Source: Pecten maximus (Eukaryota). Taken from it: a stretch of 64,000 nucleotides of DNA. Location of the stretch: contig NC_047027.1 of the NCBI RefSeq assembly GCF_902652985.1, positions 17,112,001 through 17,176,000 of the forward strand. The letters run 5' to 3'. Shown here in pieces: positions 56,499 through 64,000 of the stretch; the first letter of the stretch is position 1, and every line of letters starts with the position of its first letter. The notes under the pieces were generated by a model that worked only from the letters and a program-made list of their open reading frames with translations, did no database searches and was not told where the DNA came from. The position numbers and the translations under genes are program-made.

Positions 56499-57846
56499 AC
56501 CGATGATCGACCCAGTCCAGTCCCGCTACACAAGTAAGTTTTATAGTTGGTAAGAATGAATACGACACATAATGTGTCCATATAAAATGATAATTTATTG
56601 ATTTATAATTTACAGAAAATACGCATGATATGCAATGATATGTGATCTGTTAGATTTAAAGTGATTGTTATAAGTTAGTGACATCGCCAGTGATTGTCGA
56701 TTAATATTTCAAATAGTTTTACATCAATTGCACCAATTACATGCTGAGGCAAATCGTTTCAGTTGTATTTTACTCGGACGATGAAAAGGGGTTTTCTTAT
56801 CTGTAATCAACAACACTTCTTGAATAATTTCTGTTTTTGATATCTTTTATTGTTAACATCCATTTTAAACATATTACACTTGACAAGATTGTCATAGATG
56901 TTATTTAGAATTTTAAATACGATGGTCAAATACCTTCCGATACGACAGTATTCCTATGATTACAGGTTTAATCGTTGTAGCCTCTCAGAAAACGTGAAGT
57001 TTTTGAGACTCGGTACAAGCTTTGTGGCTCTTTGCTGGAAATTTTTAATGTCTTTCACTTTGAATGGACTCCATACTCTGGAAGCATATTTCAAACGAGG
57101 CTTTACAGATGCCTTAAATAGTAGTTTAAACATTTTTCATCTAGATCTAACTATGTAAATATTTTACCAGCTCTATAGATTATGAAGAATTTTCTATTTT
57201 TCCTTGAATTTGATCAAAAGTACCCCTGTTTTTGTTTGGGTAGAATTTTAACAATATTTTTTTCTGATCAATGACCAAAGAAAAAGTCAGAATACTTTTA
57301 TGTGGGTATTTCTTTCTTGTTTTATCATTAAAATGATAAATGATAATAAAAAAAAAACACTCACAATTACAAACAATGTTACAAGGCCTTTCGCCAAATA
57401 GAGATTTTTATTGATTTGTAAATCAATTCTTTTACATTTTTTGCATCATTAGAATATAGTTTAGACAAGGAAGTAGTCCTATGGAAACATTAAATCACTC
57501 TATGTGGAAAAAGATCCGTTTTGGTTACTGGTCGGACTTCGGACCTCCGTCCTTCAACATTTTTCGCATTTGATGTGAGATATGCATTTCAGTTTTTCTA
57601 AGACTATATAGGTTTAAACATGGAATGTAGAAACAATTGTAGATTTAAAGTTCGCACAGATTCCCGGCTTTATTCGTCTTAATAATAGAGTCGTCGCCGG
57701 TGAGGTTATGTATTGGTGGACTCATGGGTTCCTGGGTCCCTAGGTTGGATACCGAAGGTATGCAGGGTGTTGAAGTAAAGAAACAATACAAACTAGGCGG
57801 GGTCAATCACAACAGACAAAGGGAACCTCATTGGTACATCTGTTTA

Positions 57847-57889
57847 TTGTCGACCGGTTTCGTCCGTTCCGTAGGCTTCTTCAGGACAA
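57847..57889 (-). ncRNA. Minimal type I hammerhead ribozyme, Penelope-like-element style
   Basis: - strand reads TTGTC-CTGAAGA-AGCC-TACGGAAC-GGAC-GAAA-CCG-GTC^GACAA: stem I TTGTC/GACAA, cores CUGANGA and GAAA, palindromic ACCGGT stem III, GUC cleavage triplet, AATAAA right after. Confidence 0.7.
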
Positions 57890-58749
57890 AGCAGATAATA
57901 TTTGTACCCCTAAAGTACTAAAAATGAGGATGCCACATGTATTGTTAATTGTGAGATATTATGAAATTTAACTGACATATTTAGGTTATCAACCATAACA
58001 TACATTAAAACGTTCTGTTTCCTAAACAGTGTGTCACCTGAAACATACCCGAATATACAACGTGAGACAAATAAAAAGAGTATAAACAATGCGAAAAAAA
58101 TCAGTTTCTAATAATAAATCTGTATTTCCCCTTCATTCCAGGGACATTGGGTCCACTAGAAAACCGCGGAAGTTAAGAAACAAACACAATTTGTGTACAA
58201 GGTGATCAACGGCAAGCTACCTGTCAAACAGTCACCTCCGGAAATGGCTAAAGCTGACCATTGTGGTCACGTCAGCGTTCCTGCGTACGCCGTCCAATCG
58301 GACCTGGGGTATTTTCTCCATACATCTTTGTTCTGACACCAGGGAACGATGGGGTTAACCTCCTCATAAACAGTTGGCGTGGCTATACGTACAGCAGTAG
58401 ACACAGGGACACCAAGAGGAAGTCTCGGTGGCATGTCAAAGGTCAGGGACGTGTTGATCCAAATCTATATATAGAACTTTTGTTTATGATGCTTTCTGGA
58501 TATATATAATATATCATATAACATTTTTTGATATAATATAATATATACTTAATGGTCGTTGCAAATTAAACAACATGGCGGAATGTAGACGTGATTGATT
58601 TGATTTTAGTGTGAAAATAATGATGATACCCAACAGGCGAAAAATGTGTACTCTGCATAACCCAGTGTCTTCCTGTTATTCGATCTGCATGCCTGTCCGT
58701 GCTTTTTGTTTGCTCCTCGTGTTTGTTTTTACCATTACTTGTACGTACA

Positions 58750-61700
58750 CTCCTCTGTCTGCACGTGGTATGTCTAAGGAAGAAGCTTGTGAAAGCCTTT
58801 TGGTGGTTGTTGGCACTCAGAGTGGTACCTGTACCGTTTTGACTGTCAGAACGTTTGCCATTTGACTAAAGCTCTTTCTCATCTGTTACGTCCGATTTAT
58901 TTCCATCGGACTGTCTGTCTGTCCATTTGTCTGTCTGCATGTTGCATGTCTAAGGAAGCAGTTTGTGAAAGTCTCTGCCTAGTTGTTAAGACTCATATTG
59001 TTTCTCGAAACCTTTGCGTCAAAACGTTTTGTACGATCTACTTCCATCGGATTGTTTGTCTGTCCATTCGTCTGTCTGCATGCTGCATATCTAAGGAAGA
59101 AATTCGTGAAAGTCTCTTCATGGTGGTTAACACGCAAATTGTTAATCGTTACCGTTTGAGTGTCAGAATGTTTTGTACGATCTACATTTTATTACATCGG
59201 ATTGTTTGTCTGTCTATTCGTCTGTCTGCATGTTGCATGTCTAAGGAAGAAGCTTCTGAAAGTTTTTTGGTGGTTGTTGACACTCAGAGCGGTACCTGTA
59301 TCGTTTTGACTGTCAGAACGTTTGTCATTTGACTAAAGCTCTTTCTCATTTGTTATGTCCGATTTATTTCCATCGGACTATTTGTCAGTCTATTCGTCTG
59401 TCTGCATGTTGCATGTCTAAGGAAGCAGTTTATGAAAGCCTCTGTCTAGTTGTTAAGACTCATATTGTTTCTCGTAACCTTTTGACTGTCAAAACGTTTT
59501 GTACGATCTACTACCATCAGAATGTTTGTCTGTCTATTCGTCTGTCTGCATGCTGCTGTCTGTCCATTCGTCTGTCTGCATGCTGCATATCTAAGGAAGA
59601 AATTCGTGAAAGTCTATTGATGGTGGTTAACACTCAGATTGATAATCGTTACCGTTTGAGTGTCAGAATGTTTTGTACGATCTACATTTTATTACATCGG
59701 ATTGTTTGTTTGTGTATTCGTCTGTCTGCATCTTGCTGTCTGTCCATTCGTCTGTCTGCATGTTGCATGTCTAAGGAAGAAGCATGTGAAAGCCTTTTGG
59801 TGGTTGTTGAAACTCAGAGCGGTACCTGTACCGTTTTGACTGTCAGAACGTTTGTCATTTGACTAAAGCTCTTTCTCATCTGTTACGTCCGATTTATTTC
59901 CATCGGACTGTCTGTCTGTCCATTTGTCTGTCTGCATGTTGCATGTCTAAGGAAGAAGCTTGTGAAAGTCTCTGCCTAGTTGTTAAGACTCGTATCGTTC
60001 TTGTAACCTTTTGACGTCAAAACGTTTTGTACGATCTACTTCCATCGGATTGTTTGTCTGTCCATTCGTCTGTCTGCATGCTGCATATCTAAGGAAGAAA
60101 TTCGTGAAAGTCTCTTGATGGTGGTTAACACTCAGATTGTTAATCGTTACCGTTTGAGTGTCAGAATATTTTGTACGATCTACTTTTTATTACATCGGAT
60201 TGTTTCTCTGTCTATTCGTCTGTCTGCATGCTGCATATCTAAGGAAGAAATTCGTGAAAGTCTCTTGATGGTGGTTAACACTCAGATTGTTAATCGTTAC
60301 CGTTTGAGTGTCAGAATGTTTTGTACGATCTACATTTTATTAAATTGGACTATTCGTCTGTCTGCATGTTGCTGTCTGTCCGTTCGTCTGTCTGCATGTT
60401 GCATGTATAAGGAAGAAGCTTGTGAAGGCCTCTTGGTGGTTATTGACACTCAGAGCGGTACCCGTATCGTTTTGACTGTCAGAACGTTTGTCATTTGACT
60501 AAAGCTCTTTCTCATCTGTTTCGTCCGATTTATTTCCATCGGACTTTCTGTCTGTCCATTCGTCTGTCTGCATGTTGCATGTCTAAGGAAGGAGTGTGTG
60601 AAAGTCTCTGGCTAGTTGTTAAGACTCATATCGTTCTCGTAACCTTTTGACTGTCAAAACGTTTTGTACGATCTACTTCCAATCGGATTGTTTGTCTGTC
60701 CATTCGTCTGTCTGCATGCTGCATATATAAGGAAGAAATTCGTGAAAGTCTATTGATGGTGGTTAACACTCAGATTGTTAATCGTTACCGTTTGAGTGTC
60801 AGAATGTTTTGTACGATCTACCATTTATTACATCGGATTGTTTGTTTGTGTATTCGTCTGTCTGCATCTTGCTGTCTGTCCATTCGTCTGTCTGCATGTT
60901 GCATGTCTAAGGAAGAAGCTTGTGAAAGCCTTTTGGTGGTTGTTGACACTCAGAGCGGTACCCGTATCGTTTTGACTGTCAGAACGTTTGCCATTTGACT
61001 AAAGCTCTTTCTCATCTGTTACGTCCGATTTATTTCTTTCGGACATTCTGTCTGTCCATTCGTCTGTCTGCATGTTGCATGTCTAAGGAAGAAGCTTGTG
61101 AAAGCCTTTTGGTGGTTGTTGACACTCAGAGCGGTACCCGTATCGTTTTGACTGTCAGAACGTTTGCCATTTGACTAAAGCTCTTTCTCATCTGTTACGT
61201 CCGATTTATTTCCATCGGACTGTCTGTCTGTCCATTTGTCTGTCTGCATGTTGCATGTCTAAGGAAGGAGTGTGTGAAAGTCTCTGCCTAGTTGTTAAGA
61301 CTCATATCGTTCTCGTAACCTTTTGACGTCAAAACGTTTTGTACGATCTACTTCCAATCGGATTGTTTGTCTGTCAATTCGTCTGTCTGCATGCTGCATA
61401 ATTATCTAAGGAAAAAATTCGTGAAAGTCTATTGGATGGTGGTTAACACCCATATTGTTAATCGTTACCGTTTGAGTGTCAGAATGTTTTGTACGATCTA
61501 CATTTTATTACATTGGACTATTCGTCTGTCTGCATGTTACTGTCTGTCCGTTCGTCTGTCTGCATGTTGCATGTATAAGGAAGAAGCTTGTGAAGGCCTC
61601 TTGGTGGTTATTGACACTCAGAGCGGTACCTGTATCGTTTTGACTGTCAGAACGTTTGCCATTTGACTAAAGCTCTTTCTCATCTGTTACGTCCGATTTA

Positions 61701-62900
61701 TTTCCATCGGACTGTCTGTCTGTCCATTTGTCTGTCTGCATGTTGCATGTCTAAGGAAGGAGTGTGTGAAAGTCTCTGCCTAGTTGTTAAGACTCATATC
61801 GTTCTTGTAACCTTTTGACGTCAAAACGTTTTGTACGATCTACTTCCAATCGGATTGTTTGTCTGTCCATTCGTCTGTCTGCATGCTGCATATATAAGGA
61901 AGAAATTCGTGAAAGTCTTTTGATGGTGGTTTACACTCAGATTGTTAATCGTTACTGTTTGAGTGTCAGAATGTTTTGTACGATCTACATTTTATTACAT
62001 TGGACTATTCGTCTGTCTGCATGTTGCTGTCTGTCCGTTCGTCTGTCTGCATGTTGCATGTCTAAGGAAGAAGCTTGTGAAGGCCTCTTGGTGGTTATTG
62101 ACACTCAGAGCGGTACCCGTATCGTTTTGACTGTCAGAACGTTTGCCATTTGACTAAAGCTCTTTCTCATCTGTTTCGCCCGATTTATTTCCATCGGACT
62201 TTCTGTCTGTCCATTTGTCTGTCTGCATGTTGCATGTCTAAGGAAGAAGCTTGTGAAAGCCTTTTGGTGGTTGTTGACACTCAGAGCGGTACCCGTATCG
62301 TTTTGACTGTCAGAACGTTTGCCATTTGACTAAAGCTCTTTCTCATCTGTTACGTCCGATTTATTTCCATCGGACTTTCTGTCTGTCCATTTGTCTGTCT
62401 GCATGTTGCATGTCTAAGGAAGAAGCTTGTGAAAGCCTTTTGGTGGTTGTTGACACTCAGAGCGGTCCCCGTATCGTTTTGACTGTCAGAACGTTTGCCA
62501 TTTGACTAAAGCTCTTTCTCATCTGTTACGTCCGATTTATTTCCATCGGATTGTCTGTCTGTCCATTCGTCTGTCTGCATGTTGCATATCTAAGTAGAAG
62601 CTTGTGAAAGTCTCTGCCTAGTTGTTAAGACTCATATCGTTCTCGTAACCTTTTGACGTCAAAACGTTTTGTACGATCTACTTCCATCGGATTGTCTGTC
62701 TGTCCATTCGTCTGTTTGCATGTTGCATATCTAAGGAAGAAGCTTGTGTAAATATCTTGGTGGTTGTTGACTTAGAGCGGTACTCGTACCGTTTTGACTG
62801 TTAAAACGTTTGTCATCTGATTAAAGGTCTTCCTCGTCAGATATGTCCGAGACATTTCTATCGGATTGTTTGTCTATCCATTCGTCTTTCTGTTCTGTTG
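58750..62900 (+). repeat. Higher-order satellite array of three related monomers (about 176, 141 and 150 bp; basic HOR 467 bp)
   Basis: Recurrent TCTGTCTGCATGTTGCATGTCTAAGGAAG; measured TAAGGAAG positions 58951, 59092, 59242, 59418. Confidence 0.95.
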
Positions 62901-64000
62901 TCTTCGTTGTCTCTCTTTGATATGACTGATCCCATCTTTCTGTTTGTAACCACTGTTCTTCCCGAATATCTTTGTCTCTATTTTGTTCACCTTGTAACGT
63001 GTATTGGGTATCATCAAGAGTGTGTGTATGTGTTGATTTGGTGTGCGAGTCAATGACTAATTATAAATATTGTATTTTCTTCAATGCAGATATATTGTTT
63101 TATTACCTTGCAATACAACCATTTTGTTGTTATACTGGCGTCCCGTGTTATTTTTAAGATTAAAGTGAAACGTAATCCGTCTGACCATTCGTCTGTTGAC
63201 CTATTTTTACGATATCGATAAAACACGAAAAATATTGATGTTATCGTAGATTGTTTCACTTGTCCATAGATGACTAATTTTCGGGCTGATGGAGTTCAGA
63301 AAAGCCACTAGGATTAATATTTGTTTTACTATGCATAAGGTAAACAAACATATCAGGCATCCTGGGAAAGAAATAAAATATGCATTCTCACTGTTTGTTT
63401 CAGTTTCTTCAGGCTAGTATTCAATATCAATAATTATCAAATGTGATTGAGATGATAAACTTACCGGCTAGGTGCTACAAAATGACCGCCATCGAACCAA
63501 AAGTAACTATACATACCCGGGTACCGTTGAACAAAGGCAATGATATTTACAAAAGTAGAGAGACTTTAAGATTGTAATACATGTCCTTAAACCAGACATC
63601 AGCCGTAACCTTAGTAACACACATTTATCTGTTTTTCGTATCAAGAACAATAATCTGGCATGTATGATCAACCTGAATGCCTCTCCGCAAACCTAATTGA
63701 AACATATCTGGTAGAAATGGGATAGGCTGACAGAGATTTCCTGGCAAAGAGCTATGTATCTATGATGGTGAAGAATCTGCAAGATCACCCGCTGGTTCAG
63801 ATAAAATCGTCAACCAAACATAGCCATGTTTTCGTGTTTACATAGCCTGGTTACTGTTCACTTACGAAATCTCAACACAAGACGTGTTTACGAAATTCAC
63901 TGCTATCCGACGATGATCTGGCGGTACATTAGATGCGTATAATGATGTCATTGAAAAGGTGCATGCATATCACGACCAGGCGTTCTGAAAGGGTAAGCGT

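Larger units (their letters stand above)
56184..56530 (-). mobile_element. Non-autonomous LTR mini-retrotransposon (TRIM) with tRNA-like sequence in each LTR (Helenus-type)
   Basis: Two TG...CA direct repeats (56184-56311, 56402-56530); PBS TGGCGCCCAAC at 56387-56397 complementary to the tRNA-Lys(CTT) 3' end; PPT GGAAAAAAGGAGGGAG next to the other LTR; CAAG duplicated on both flanks. Confidence 0.9.

Noticed and set aside
58611-62153. Cys-rich tandem ORFs (RLSACC...)
   Set aside because: They are translations of the satellite; frames shift between units and there is no splice or codon signal.
63395-63420. Second hammerhead-like CTGAAGA...GAAAC on the - strand
   Set aside because: No stem II, stem I pairing or cleavage triplet in the right position.

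Overview
AT-rich eukaryotic genomic DNA from an invertebrate; the repeat content (HINE/Helentron-type element with satellite array, V-domain SINEs) suggests a bivalve mollusc. The main feature is a complete + strand gene for the ciliary WD40/coiled-coil protein CFAP44 (WDR52). I traced 35 coding exons by hand (16207-51101) with consistent intron phases, giving about 2450 aa with all exons. It has an acidic, repeat-rich N-terminal extension, one U12-type (minor spliceosome) GT-AG intron and an RFX X-box-like promoter. A second gene probably starts divergently on the - strand (signal-peptide exon at 9708-9789) and runs off the left edge. The rest is non-autonomous mobile DNA and satellites. The most notable items are: a 347-bp LTR mini-retrotransposon whose two LTRs each carry a tRNA-like cloverleaf (PBS, PPT, 4-bp TSD); a minimal hammerhead ribozyme; two sequence-unrelated elements sharing a ~165-bp palindrome architecture; several minisatellites built from splice-site sequence; and a 4.2-kb higher-order satellite. 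Exon coordinates are manual, and family names come from recalled knowledge, not database searches.
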